Positions 50,551 through 62,660 of a stretch of DNA of 64,000 nt are shown in pieces (positions within the stretch are counted from its first letter, which is position 1; the number at the start of each line of letters is the position of its first letter). The notes beneath the pieces were generated by a model. The model saw nothing but the letters and a program-made list of their open reading frames with translations. It made no database searches and was not told the origin of the DNA. Source of the stretch: Lama guanicoe (taxonomy: Eukaryota); assembly GCA_013239625.1 (NCBI GenBank), contig MU056277.1, forward strand, positions 2,024,076-2,088,075, in the 5' to 3' direction. Made by a program: the position numbers and the translations under genes.

Positions 50551-52099
50551 TTTTAAAAAGTGCTTTTCAGTAGGGGCTTTCAGGGCGGTTGAACTGCCCT
50601 GCGTGTCGCTGTAACGGTGGCCACGTGACACTGTGCACTCGTCAGAGCTCAGAAACCGCCCAACACACGGTGGTCTCTGATGTGAACTGCAGGGTTAGTT
50701 ACTAATAACACAGCAGCATTTGATCCTCAGTCCATCGCCTGCACCGCACCAGCGCGGGAGGTGCTCGTAGGAGAAGCAGGGACGGGGGAGCTCTGCCCAC
50801 AGATAAAGACTACAGTAACTTTCACCTCAAAATGAGGAACACAGAAGTAGCTGTGACCCACAGAAGCGTAACTGCTAGCTAGGTGCCTTGTGAGCCAGCA
50901 AACCGCTTGACTTTAAACCTACGTGGATGCACGTGTTCTACTAAATTAACGGTTGTAAAAACAGGCGGAAACTGGCACGGATGGCAGTCACAGGTTTACT
51001 CCGGCCGCTCGAGGACAAGAGCTCATGTCTGCCCAACCTCCTGGGATTTTGCCGGGGCATGGGCTGGAGACCCCCAGAGTCAGCAACCCCCGAGTCGGCG
51101 CTCCCCTCAGGTTGGCGCCTCCCAGCCCCGTTCCACGAAGTTAGGGCCCCGTTTTATGTGGGCAACCGAGAGGCAGCCCCCTTTGTCGTCTCAGGAATTT
51201 TTTTGAATGAATTCACCCAGAGCCAGAGTGAGGTGTGTGTTTGGAACTGGTTCTGGGAGAGCTCTGAGCAGATGTTTGTGCTCTGATGTAACTTTAAAAA
51301 TTAACCCGCAAAGACCGCTCCTGGGGAGACGGAGCAGACGCACTTTCCCCGACCCCCCCGCCCAGTGAAGAACAGAGCCCCGGACTTTATGTCTGAGGAG
51401 TGAGGCCAGCCAGGGGCCTCCGGGCCCAGGAAGGCGGTCCCCTGGGTTTTCTTTTGCCTCCTGTCCCCCACTCGGGAGCTGGAAAATCAGCTACTGGAAG
51501 CCCCAATGAGCATAAACTCCAAAAATCCCCAACCAAAGCCTGCTGTCTCCGCCAAAGGACCAGGAAAGGAAGGACAGAAACTTCTGGACAGTACCTGCTC
51601 CGTCCCAGACAGACTCCACAGGGAAGCACTGGCCCACCCACCTCCAGGCCCTGGAGATGACGGAGCCTAGACGTCCACCCTCAGGAAGCCGCGGAGCCTC
51701 CCCCGTGCCCCGCGAGGCGCTGCGGAGCCGACTTTCACCCCGCTGGGTGGTGGTGAGTCCGTCCCCGGTGCTGACACTCTGAGGGCGGCCGGACCCCGTG
51801 GGGAGCCCGGACTTCCACACCCTTCCCGAGACTCCGAGGAGGCCCACCGGACTTCCGCCACCCCCACCACAGTGACAGCGCAGACCCTCGGGGAGCAGAG
51901 CAAGGAGCCCCAAATCCTCCCAGCAGGGGGCGTCAGTGGCGGCCTCGTGGGGAGCCGGGACCCCGGCCCCTCAGCAGCGACAAGGACCTTCTGCCCCAGA
52001 TGGCGACAGGGTCGCCGGCGCTACTGCCGAGGAGCCTGGACTCTCCTGCACCCCCGACCCCCGGCCGTGAAGGAACGGCTCCCACCTACTGGAACGCCC

Positions 52100-54830
52100 A
52101 GAGGAAGTCAGCCAAAGCAGCCGATCAAAAAAAATCCTGGGTCTCATAATACAAAACCGCCCACGTTTGCATCAAAACTAGTTGTCATATCAGGAACCAG
52201 AACTTCTGGCCGCTGGAGTCACAGAAGGAGAGAAGACAGAGGCGGAAGAAACGCACTCAAATAGAGGCTGAGAACTGCCCCGCGCTGCCCGACAGGCACA
52301 CCCGGGTAGTTAAGAGGTTAACAGAACTCCAGTCAGAATAAACCCCCTCAAACCACACAAGGTGCAGAGTCGGATTTCTGAAAACTGAAGGCAAAGGAGC
52401 ATCGCTTGAAAAGCACAGACCACCACAGCTGTCACCAGAAGACAGGTCGTGGGAGTGGTCTGAAGCTGTTAAGGACTCTGAATTCGTAATTTAAAAATTC
52501 TCAGAAAAAGAAATCCTCAGATCAAGATGGTTTCACCCAGGAATTCTACCAAAAGCACTTGAACAGCAGCTCTGCGCTCTCTCCAGGCAACACCATCGCT
52601 TCATCTCTGGGGGCTGCTTGCGCGGTGATGCCAAAGCCAGACGGAAGGAAGAAAGCTGTGGGCAGCATCTCCCGTGAACACAGACACAAGAATCCACAAC
52701 AAAGCATCAGCCAATAGCATGAAGCAACGTATGAAAAGAACTATTCACTGTGGCCACGTTAGGTTTCATCCAGGAATGCAGGGCTGGTTTAATATTTGAA
52801 AATTGATGTGATGCACCATGTTAACGGACTAAAGAAAAATCACACGATCCTTTCGATCAGTGCAGAAGCAAGTCCTTAAGTTGTCCATGAGTGTTTGCCA
52901 CAAACTCCCACAGCCAACACCACGCTTCCCCGTGCATGTGGGAGCCGTGTTCTCGCTGCTCTTGCTCGGCGTTGCTGGACGTCCCAGCCAGCGCAGTGAG
53001 TCAGGAGAGGGAAATAAAAGGCGTGCAGACTGGCAGAAGAATTAAGCAGTCTGTTGACAGACGACATGAGCATCTTAACTGTGAACCCCAGGGACCCCAC
53101 AGGAACGCTGCTAGACCTGGTAAGTGGGTTTAGCACGGCTGCAGGATACGTGAGACACACTGGAAGATCGACTGTGTTTCTCTCTACAGCAATGAACACG
53201 TGGGCACCAAAATTAAAAACGATACCCATTACGATTACTCATAGAAAAGTAAATACTTAGGTGCAACTCCAACAAGACAGGCACAGGGCTGGAGAACCAG
53301 AAAACGCTGACGAGGGAACCCAGAGAAGACGTAAGTGGTCAGCGAGACCGACTGTGTTTGTGGAGCGAACATCTCCAATAATAAAGACGTCAGCCTTCCC
53401 CAGCTGATCAACGGGATTCCTGTCAAAGTCCCAAGGCACAGACGAGATTATCGTAAATATGTATGCACTCAAAGGAGCCAGAGTGCTTAAAACATCTCAG
53501 AAAAGCAGGATGGAGCAGGAGGGCTAGTCCAAGGGATACCAGGGCCCGCTTCTGCACTCTGATGAGGACGGTGCCGACGCCGGAGCAGAGCAGAGAACTC
53601 GGACGCGGCCCCACCCACCGCGCCCACTGAAGTCTGACGAAGCTGGCAGGTCAGTACAGTGGAGGAAAGACAGCCTTTCAGCAATGACGCTGGGGCAGTG
53701 GGACATCGGAGACAAAACGACAACCAGGAAACAACCCATGACCGAAGTGTCACATCTTAGACAAAAACTAACCCAAAGCGGATCACGGATTTAAACGTAA
53801 AGTGTAAAACCACAGCACTTCAGAAAAAACACAGTAGACGGTATTCAGGACCTAGAGACAGACGACGCGTTTCAGACTTGATGCCCAAAACATGGCCCGC
53901 AGACGGAAAAGCGGCAGATGAGACTCTGTCAGAATGAAAGCTGTATGCTCTGCTCGCCAGAGGACCTGCCGAGAGGGCGAGGAGGAAGCACCTGCAGGCC
54001 GCAGGCAAAGGACTGCCTGCGTCCCGGAGCGCGCCGGCATAAGACAACAGCCAGCAGAAGGTGGGCAACGGGGGGAGAGGACGCACAGACGGCAAATAGG
54101 CACCTGAAGGCGAGCCGCACCCGCAGCCCCTGGGGAGACACAGAGCGGACCCTCCGCCGGGCGCCGCGCACACCTGCCAGGAGGGCGAAGCTGTGTCGCC
54201 GCGACAGCGCCCAGCACCCGCGAGGCCCCTGGGAAGCTGGTGCCCGCGTTGCTGGGGGGGTGTAAAATGGCCCAGCCATCTGGAAACAGTGTGCCAGTTT
54301 CTCTTCAAACCAAACGGGCAGCTGTCATTGACCCAGGAATGGCACTGCTGGGCACCGTCCCCAGGAAAGGAGAGCGTTCACTCAGATTCACGTACACGAG
54401 CGTCCGCGGGTTTCACTCAGAGCAGCCAAACCTGGAAGGAACCCTAATGTCCTTCAGCGAGTGAGTGGTTAGAAGGAACTGGTCTGTCTACACTGTGGAA
54501 CACGGGCCACACAGCAAGAACCAGAAGAACCACAGAACCACCTGGGTGCGTCTCCCGGAGTGAAAAGAGCCGGTCCCACAAGTTGTCTGTTGTGTGGTTC
54601 CACTGAGAGAACATTCCTGAAACAGCAAGACTGTGGAAATGGAGAGCGGACGAGTGGTCAGCAGGGCTCAGGACGGGGGCGGGGAGGGCGGCGGCGGCTG
54701 TCGTACAGGGACCAGGTGTGCTGGCTGTGCTGGTGTCAGTCTCCGCGCTGTGACATCAGCTGTAGCTTTGCACATTGTGCCTTTGGGGGGAAGGATCTCT
54801 CTGGATTGCTCCTTAGAACTGCACATGGAC
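52100..54830 (+). mobile_element. Old L1 ORF2/3'UTR remnant
   Basis: gatggtttcacccaggaattctaccaa, caggaatgcagggctggtttaatatt, aaatacttagg, aaagacagccttttcagcaa-like, gtaaaatgg..cagcca.ctggaaacag; disrupted frames. Confidence 0.85.
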
Positions 54831-54832
54831 CT

Positions 54833-54965
54833 AGGGGGAGGGTGCAGCTCAGGTAGAGCGCGTGCTTGGGTACCGGGTTCAACCCCCAGTACCTCCTCTG
54901 TCAATAAATACGTGAATAGACCTAATTACCCACCCCCCCAAAATCTCTAAAAAAGATAAAATAAC
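54833..54965 (+). mobile_element. Vic-1-like SINE
   Basis: gggggagggtgcagctcaggtagagcgcgtgctt...gggttcaacccccagtacctcc...acctaattacc plus A-rich tail. Confidence 0.8.
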
Positions 54966-57559
54966 AGCATATGAATTTATAGTTGTCTAAAAAATGTCCC
55001 TCATTGCCAAGTCCACACATACGTGCTGCGTTGGACGGTTTTGCCAAGACGTAGACTCTTACTTGAAGTGGGAAGGAGAGGGAGAAGCTTTCCTCTAGGC
55101 AGCTGTGACCTTGACGGGCTCAAGATGAGTGCCTGCTGCAGAGTTCTGTGTCCAGATCTCCATGTTTAACTAGGTGTTGGGGGTGTTTAGCTCAAGCTCA
55201 GTGACCATGGTGTTGAGCCTTGGGAAGTACTGCCTCTAAGTTCAGGCTTCAGTAAATGACATTTCTGAAATGAAATCTGGTGTGTTTAAATACTCAGCAC
55301 AGGGGAAGGAGGCGGAGGCATCAGCCCACATCCCAGGGGAGCTCCAGGCCTTGGAGCTGCTTCCTGCTGCTGCAGCCTCCCAGGGAGCCCCAAGTCAGCT
55401 CCCGGGCCCTCCCCCAGCCCCTCCCCCACTGCCCCCAGGGCCCTCCTAGCCAGATGAGGCAATTCCTGCTCACCTCGTTCCCCACGTCCCTGCCCCTGCT
55501 CCCCTGGGCTCGAGAGGACCCCCGGTTCTACAGCACCTGAGTGCCTGCACCCCTCCCCTGGACCTGGTTGGTACTTCGCGGATTGTTTGGTGGGGAGTGT
55601 CTGAAGATGGATGACAAAATCAAATTTACATTTGTTACTATTAATTTTCTAAAGAAAGTAATAAGCCAACTTCCTAATTACAGACAGGCGTGTCCTCCGG
55701 GGCTTACTGTTTCGGACCAGCGGCCGGTGGGGCGGGAGCGCGCGCAGTGCAGCCGGGCTCCTGAGACACCGCTTTATCTGTCCCATCAGTCACCCCTATG
55801 GTTAGCCGTTTCCTTCCCACGCAGACTCCAGACCCACCGCCGGAGCGGGCCCCATGCAGTTACCCAGGCAGCGACAGTTACAGGCCCGTTTCGGAGGCAG
55901 ATTCTGTCTTTATGACAAATGGTTGATGCCCAGAATGTCCAAGGGCCCTTGGGTGTGAGTCTGTCCCGTGGGCAGGTGCCTGGGGTGCCCCTCTGCGGCT
56001 GAGTCAGCTTTGCTCCCTGCAAGGGGACAGGACGCCCCACGTTGCTGGGTGCGGCGAGGGGCACTGTTTTGCATCAGGACTTACTCTGCGTTTTTCATGG
56101 CCTGGAAGGAACGCCCCAGCTGTGATTGCTGCAGGATGTGGTGGAGGACTGGCCATCTGACACGTGTCTGTGGGGTTTTAGCCACTGGTATCTGTCTGCT
56201 CTGGGTTCCATCAGACGAAGGTGGACACCAGCTGACTGTCCGGAGCCACCAACTGACTGCCTGGGGGGTGCGGGAGCCTGGGATAGGGCCGTGGTCTCTG
56301 TTTCACAGGGTTCACTCTGCAGGGCATAAAAGGAGTTCAGAAGCAGAAACGGGATGGGCAGGAGCCCTGCGGTGCCACCGGCCGCTGTCCCCGGGGGGAG
56401 GCTGTGCAGCCCTGGTTTGGCCCCTGAGCCCCAGCCCCAGGGGCTGCCAGGATCCCTGTTTCCTGGCCTTTTGCCCACGGCCTCCCAGCGGGAATCTGGG
56501 AGCTGCACCCAGGCCGAGTATCCCCTCCCTGCGTCCCGGCGTGGGGGCACCCTCGCTCGGGAGGGGCTTGGGGGCTGCGTTGTGGCACTTACACTCCAGG
56601 CTTAATTCAGCCTGTTTCTGGATCTAGTATAGACGGGGTCGCAGTTCACGTGTGCTCTGCAACTCACCACATGGCCCGTGCCCACTGCCACATGGTCCTC
56701 CGCGTGGCCATGACTCAGAGGCTCATCCGTGCGCTGCCTCTGGGCCACGCACACGTTGGTGTGTGGACTGTGCCAGGCAGTGCAGAGCTGGTTGCTGGAT
56801 GTCGTCAGCAGCTTCACTTCAGTTCCCGAGGGACGCACCACCACCGAGCCTGGTGCCCCGTCTGTACACGGTGGTGCGTACTTGTTGGCTGTTGGCCCAG
56901 GCGGAGTGGAGCCCGGGGAGGGCAGGAGTCCCCCTCAGCACTCACCTGGAGCCAGTGCCCAGGAGAGGGGACAGGCCCGGATCCCTTCATCAGATGGACG
57001 CTGGCTCCGCACCCCACTCGCGGGTGACGCTGCCTGTCCAAGGCTGTGGGTGTCTTCAGAGTGTCCTTTCTGAGCCTCCCCGCCTCCTTGCTCCCCACCT
57101 CCAACGCGGTATAAGATGTCACAGGAAGCGGGCACCCAGGCCTGGCGGGGCAGCTCCTGTTACCTCCCAGGAGGCGCGTCTCCGCCTCCCCAGAGCCACC
57201 CACCTGTCTCTAGAGGGCAGGATCCCAGGGCACCTGGATTCTCAGAACCCGAGCTGCACCCCTCTCCAGCGCTCCTGTTTCACACCTCTCTTCGTGGCTA
57301 ACTTTCCAGAATGGTTGCTGAGGATGGCTTTGGTATCCAGGGATCACGTTACCTTCTGCCTTCCCACCTGGGCTCCCTGCTGCCTCTCGACTTCCTGGGA
57401 CAGGAGCTCCGGGGCTCAGATCCTCTGCGCAGTGTGGGGTCTGGCACCCTACCTAGCTGGCCCTTAGTTAGCCGTGAGGGACTTTGGGGATGACATTCCA
57501 GTTGACACATGACGACGTTTCCCTGAAACAAACACTTGTTTTTAGGTCTGCGTTAACAC

Positions 57560-57760
57560 GTGTCTGAGTTTGAACCCGGCCTCTGCCACTTTACCAGCTG
57601 TGTGACCTTGGGAGAGTTGCTGAACCTCTCTGTGCCTGATTCTGTAGTACAGGGTAGAAATAGTCCCTGCCTCCTAGATCCCTGTGAAGATTAAATCAGT
57701 TCACACTGTAACCCGCTTAGGAGGGTCCCTGGGACAAAGTAAGTGCGATAGCGTTGCGTG
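57560..57760 (+). mobile_element. MIR SINE
   Basis: tttgaacccggcctctgccactttaccagctgtgtgaccttgggagagttgctgaacctctctgtgcct...tgtgaagattaaat. Confidence 0.85.
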
Positions 57761-58314
57761 GTTGGTAGGATTTTTATACTTTAAGCAAATATTAAATGAC
57801 TTTTATAGCAAGACAACACCACGTGCTGTGATGTAAGGAAAGAGTAAAGGTTCCATACAGATTGCAAGAGAGGAGGAGGGAGGTCGGGACTGGCTCGCGT
57901 GGCTGTGGGGGTGTGGGGCTGCGGGCTGCAGGCTGGGCCCCGGGAGCTGGGGGTGCACCTGGGTCTGGTCCGTCTGGCAGAATTCTGTCTCCCCGGGGCG
58001 ACTTCAGTCTTTTTCTCTTAGAAGGGGGGAGGCCCACCCACACCCACACTCACCCCCGGGAGGGTCACCCAGACACCCTCAAAATGACCCTCGGACAGTG
58101 TGAGCAGAGACCTGGGCTCTGAGGCCAGCAGACCCAGCCCGGCGCAGGAGTTAGCGGCCCGGTCCCGGAGACGCACCAGCAGACTGGGCAGAGCGGCAGG
58201 CGTGGGGCTGAGGGAAGAACGTCTGGCTGACGAAGGCAGCGGGCTCAGCCAGAGCAGCATGGCCGGAAGGCCTGCCTTCCCCTGGGTTTGCTTCTGATTT
58301 AAAGACAGGATAGA

Positions 58315-58480
58315 CTGGTGGCGGAGCTCCAAGTGTGGACCAGCAGCACCTGGGATCCTGTCAGACATGCGCGTTCCTCGGCCGCCTGACTTACTGGACG
58401 GGAACTCCGGTGGGGGTGCGTTGGCCGTCTGGGGTTAACGAGCCCTCGGGCGGTGCAGTGCACCTCAGGTTTGGCACTGC
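58315..58480. mobile_element. MER5A-like hAT element
   Basis: ctccaagtgtggaccagcagcacctggga..ctgtcagacatgc...ttaacgagccctc. Confidence 0.5.
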
Positions 58481-59582
58481 CCGGGGATACTTCCAAGCCT
58501 GAAGAGCGGAGGGCCAGGCGAAGGGAGAGGTGGCCATGCCTGGAGGAGAGGATGCCCGCCCAGGTGTGTCTGTGGAGTCTAGAGGGAATGTGGCCTGGGA
58601 CCAGTTTTGGCCAAGGACAGGTGTGGCTGCTGTTGCCCTGGGACCAGCGGGAAGGTGGATGCACCTCCTGCACTGTGGGGAGGGCAGGCCTGGCACCTTT
58701 GGACGCCCTGCCAGGTGACTGGCCTTCCCTGACATCGGAGGCGGGAGGCTGTGATGATGGGGGCCAACCCTGGGCTTACCTGGCTGTAGACGCAGCTGGG
58801 TTTGCTTGGGCTGGAGCAGCCCAGGGCGTGTCCACAGGAAAGGCTCAACCTCTGCCCTGCAGTCACACCTTTCCGGACGCCCCCTTCATTGGGCGCTACT
58901 TTGAACCACACAAAACTGCTGATATTCAGTGAGTTTTGACGTAAAAAAGCCAGCATTTCTTAGATTTACCCTACACTTTCCCTGCGTGAGTATTACACCT
59001 TTATTTGATGCTGCAATGATTTGTTTCCAGATCTTTCCTGCCAGACCCTCGAGCTCAGAGGGCAAATGCTGTGCCGTCTTCATCCCCCACCCCCACCTCT
59101 CTGCCCCACCCCGCCCGCCCCGGGCCTGCAGCCAGCCCTGAGGGATGTGAGCACACAGACTGCTGACAGGCGCTGCCTGCTGGAATTTCCCAAACCACTG
59201 TGGAAGCAGGCACTTCCTCCCGGAACACTCCTGTAATGCCAACCACGAAAGGGCGGCCAGCTCCTGAGTTAAGGAGAGGCCGGCAGGACCCAGGGAGCAC
59301 GGTGTTCCCCCGCCTCCCCGGGACGCGGCGCGGTGGCCGCGCACACGCATGACTGGCATTCGCAGGGCACTGAGGTGTAGAATGCACTGAGTGGCTTCGT
59401 GCCAACCATGGCGAGGTCGCCGGGCCCCAGCCGGCGGTGCGCGCTTCCCTCACTGCGCCTTGCGTCCTCGCGCAGGCGGCGCTCCTGGGGGAGCGGCCCG
59501 TCCCCTGGCCACCTGCGGACCCACCGCGGACCCCCGGGCCCTCCCACCCGCCGACCCGCTCACCTGGCGCGACCTGGGCGGT

Positions 59583-59649
59583 ATGCGGCGGCGGGGGGAG
59601 GGCGCGCTCGGCTGCTGCGGCCTCTGCACCTGCCCGGGGGCGGCCGGAG
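59583..59649 (+). CDS. MCF2L: Candidate alternative first coding exon of MCF2L, MRRRGEGALGCCGLCTCPGAAG
   Basis: ATG 59583, 22 codons + 1 nt, strong GAG|gtaagg donor, same phase 1 as the other MCF2L first exons; frame open back to 59391. Confidence 0.55.
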
Positions 59650-59781
59650 GTAAGGCCGGCGGGCTGCAGACGGCGCCGGGCCCCGAGCTCCTCCCTCCAG
59701 TCCGGGGAGGGGGCGGGGACCCGGGGCTGGAGGGGTGGGCTGGGCTGCGCCCGCGGGAGCGCTGAGGGCCGAGGGCCCGGT

Positions 59782-59912
59782 GGGGTGCGCACGGCGGGCT
59801 CCCAGGTGGTCCCGGGGGCGCCGTGACCGAGCGCCCTGGTCACCGCGGGGTGCGCACGCGGGGCTCCCAGGTGGCCTCAGTAGGTGCACTCGCGGGGCTC
59901 CCAGGTGGCCGC
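59782..59912. repeat. Three degenerate ~30-bp direct repeats in the MCF2L promoter
   Basis: ggtgcrcwcgsggggctcccaggtgg-like units at about 59784, 59849 and 59883. Confidence 0.8.
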
Positions 59913-60115
59913 GGGGACACGCGGGGCGCGCCGCTTCCGCTTCCGCTGAGCAGCCCACCCCCACCCCCACGCGCAGGGCGCGCCCCCTCGGCGGGGCTCG
60001 GGGACCAATCCCGGGAAGGCAGCGCCGCCGGCCCCCTCCCCACCGCTACCCCTCCCGCAAGGCGCCTCTGGTGCAGCGGCGAGCGGGCTGCAGGGCCGTC
60101 CTGCGCTGGCGGAGG

Positions 60116-60194
60116 ATGAGGTTCTGGCTGAGAAATGAGGAGATGGCCCTGGAGGAAATGGTGCAGCGATTACACGCGGTGTCCAAGCGCACTG
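60116..60194 (+). CDS. MCF2L: MCF2L alternative first coding exon, MRFWLRNEEMALEEMVQRLHAVSKRT
   Basis: Matches recalled human isoform start MRFWLRTEEMALEEMVQRLNAVSKHT; 26 codons + 1 nt, G|gtagga donor. Confidence 0.92.
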
Positions 60195-62569
60195 GTAGGA
60201 GGAGCTGCCGGCCCCGGGCCTGCGTTCTTGGGCTTGACATCGTGTGCCGAGTCGGGGAAGCGCGCCTCCTTCTGTGTAACAGCCTTCATTTCTCTCGCCT
60301 AGCGGGGGTAGCGGGAGGACCGGCGATGGCACCTGTCCGGCGCTGACAGGCCCGGCGGCCGTCCGCGCGCTTTCGCCCGCCTGGGGTGGTGAGCGCCAGC
60401 AGATGGGTGTCGGGCTTCCTGGGCGCCCCCAGGCTCGTCGGCGGGCCGAGCCGTTGCCTGGCACCTGCCCGTTCAGCCTGCATTTGGGCTGCGTGTGCTG
60501 CAGTAGCAGTGGAGGAAGCGTCCGTGTTTGCGGCCGGGAAGTCATCTGAGCTGGGGGCTTCTGGAGCGGGCGTGGGGATGCGGGGCCCATGGGAAGTTCA
60601 TTTTGAGGAGGGGGAATCGGATTAATCAGGTAGTTCTTTCCTCCACCGAATATAATCTGCCCCCGAGACAGATGTTTGGAAGTGGCACGGGTGGGGGCTG
60701 GAGGGGGCATGACTGGGCGCTCCTGGTCTGTGTTGATGACACGATGACTTGCAGTAGCTTTGAGGAGCGGTTCCGGCGGGCTGGCTTGGATTTAGGAGAG
60801 CCCTGCGTGGCCGTGTCGGCCGCTTCTGAGCCTTCAGGCTGCGTGTGCGGGGGCGCCCGGCTCGCGCTGGTTCTCCTCGACATGGAGAGGAAGTAATCGT
60901 CTGTCACTGGCAGTGAGCTGCCCGGTTTTTGCCCGGTGTTGCCATGTGTTACGGTCAGGCTGTTGCCTCGTCATCTGAATATTACTTTCCTGAGAGACTG
61001 GTTTTGCCAGTTGCTTCCCTTAGGTTCGGTGCCCCCCCCAAGCGGGAGACCCCAGCAGACCTGCAGAGCAAAGCGGGGACTGCGTTTGAACACGCTGTGT
61101 GTGATGATCTAACCGAGGCTTTGGGAGACATTCAGCTTTTACCGGCGATTTCTGTGATGAAAGCGACTGGATTTATTGTATGTGGGTCGGGAGCAAATAA
61201 AGTCGTTTTGTGCCATCTGGTCCCTTGTTCTTAGCTGGCTCCCCTTTCTCTGAAACGCAAGTCGCGTTCTGTTTGGTGCAGGATTTGGCGTGGGGCTGAG
61301 GTGAAGGACACGGCCCGCAGGTTCCCAGCATGGAGGGGAGGGCCGCCCTCCACGCCCTCTGCACTGGGCTGGAGTCAGGACTGCAGAGCCAGCGGGAACT
61401 GTGCCAAAGAGTGATGTCATTCCCTGCGCTTCAGGGATGGAGGCTTCTTCGTGAGCTGGAGAGACGCATGTGCACTTTGCATTGTACAAAGGCTGTCTCC
61501 CGCGGGCAGGAGGCTGCTCACCACCCACTGAAGCCAGGCCCCGCAGGGACCGCCACCCCCTGAGCAGCGACCCCCACATATGTGTCCTTTACACACCTGT
61601 GCCACCAGTGGTCTCAGATTTCATCAGGACTCTGCAATCCAGGGCAACACAGCCCTGGTCTGATGAACGTCCGGTCTGGCTTAGTTAGGGGAGAGGACCC
61701 CAGGTTCCTCCTGTGAGCACCTCCTTGCCCTGGCTTTCACACACAACATGGGTGGCACCACCGGATGGAGGCTGTGAGGTGTGGTGCCAGGCTGGGCGTC
61801 ATGCGGTGTAGACAGTGCCACCACCCAGCGTGGGCGGGTCACGCGGGCTCTGTTGGGGACGGGGACGCTGGTAACCTACTCACCCACGCGAGCCGACTTC
61901 TTTCTCCTGGGAAGAAGCCCCCGCCTGCGGCACAACGGCTTCTGCCTGGAGGTCCTGGCGTCACCTGGGCTCGTCTGGCCTCCAGGGGCGTTCGGACGTC
62001 AGTTTGCATGTGCTGCTGCTGTGATTCAGGGCAGGGGGGGTCCAAGCTGAGCGCTTGGACCCTCCCTGACCTCTCACAGACCTGCACCCTCGGTGGATCC
62101 ACCTTGAACTGGTCGGTTTTATCCGTGTCTGCTGTCCGGACCCGCGGCTACCTTGTTTTAACTTCAGGTTTGCAGTTGCTCTGACGGCTCCAGGACATTC
62201 GTTATCTGGATTAGTCCTGTGAGGGAGGCTGCGGCTCGCTGCCCATGTGGCCTGTGGGTCCGCGTCTGTTGGCTTTGAGAATTTACCTTCTCTTTACCCT
62301 TGAACTGAATCTTTAATCGCAAGGCCAGGAGCCCTTTCCAGCGGCCAGAGCTCTCCTTCCATGTGGAAGGGCTCCTTTTCCAGCATTTTCATGACTTCGG
62401 TTCCCTCTCTAGATGTGCAGGAGGTGGTGAGCAAGTGCGAAACGCCTGGGAGAAATGCTCTCGCATCTCGTTAGTTGATGTGAGCATTTGCCCAACAGGA
62501 GGAAATGGCCCCACTGAGCCCCTAGGTCACCCGCAGGGAGTCATCGCAGGTACCCCCTCCCCCGTGCAG

Positions 62570-62660
62570 CTCCTGAGTCAGGAAGCCGGGGGCAGGGCCT
62601 GAGAATTTGCATTTGTAAGTTCCCAGGTGATGCTTGGACGCAAACCTGGAGACCCACTAG
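62570..62660. mobile_element. MER5A-like fragment
   Basis: gggcctgagaatttgcatttgtaagttcccaggtgatgct. Confidence 0.6.

Larger units (their letters stand above)
59300..60550. promoter_or_regulatory. CpG island, proximal MCF2L promoter
   Basis: very high GC/CpG, GC box at about 59709, CCAAT at about 60005, ETS-like CTTCCG repeats at about 59934; surrounds two first exons. Confidence 0.8.

Noticed and set aside
52460-54830. Reverse-transcriptase-like fragments suggesting a retroelement system
   Set aside because: Ordinary decayed L1 ORF2 with many stops and frameshifts
54833-54895. tRNA gene
   Set aside because: A/B-box-like sequence belongs to a SINE with an A-rich tail; no complete cloverleaf
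57800-59300. Ortholog of the divergent lncRNA MCF2L-AS1
   Set aside because: Expected here by recalled synteny, but no exon structure can be supported from the sequence alone
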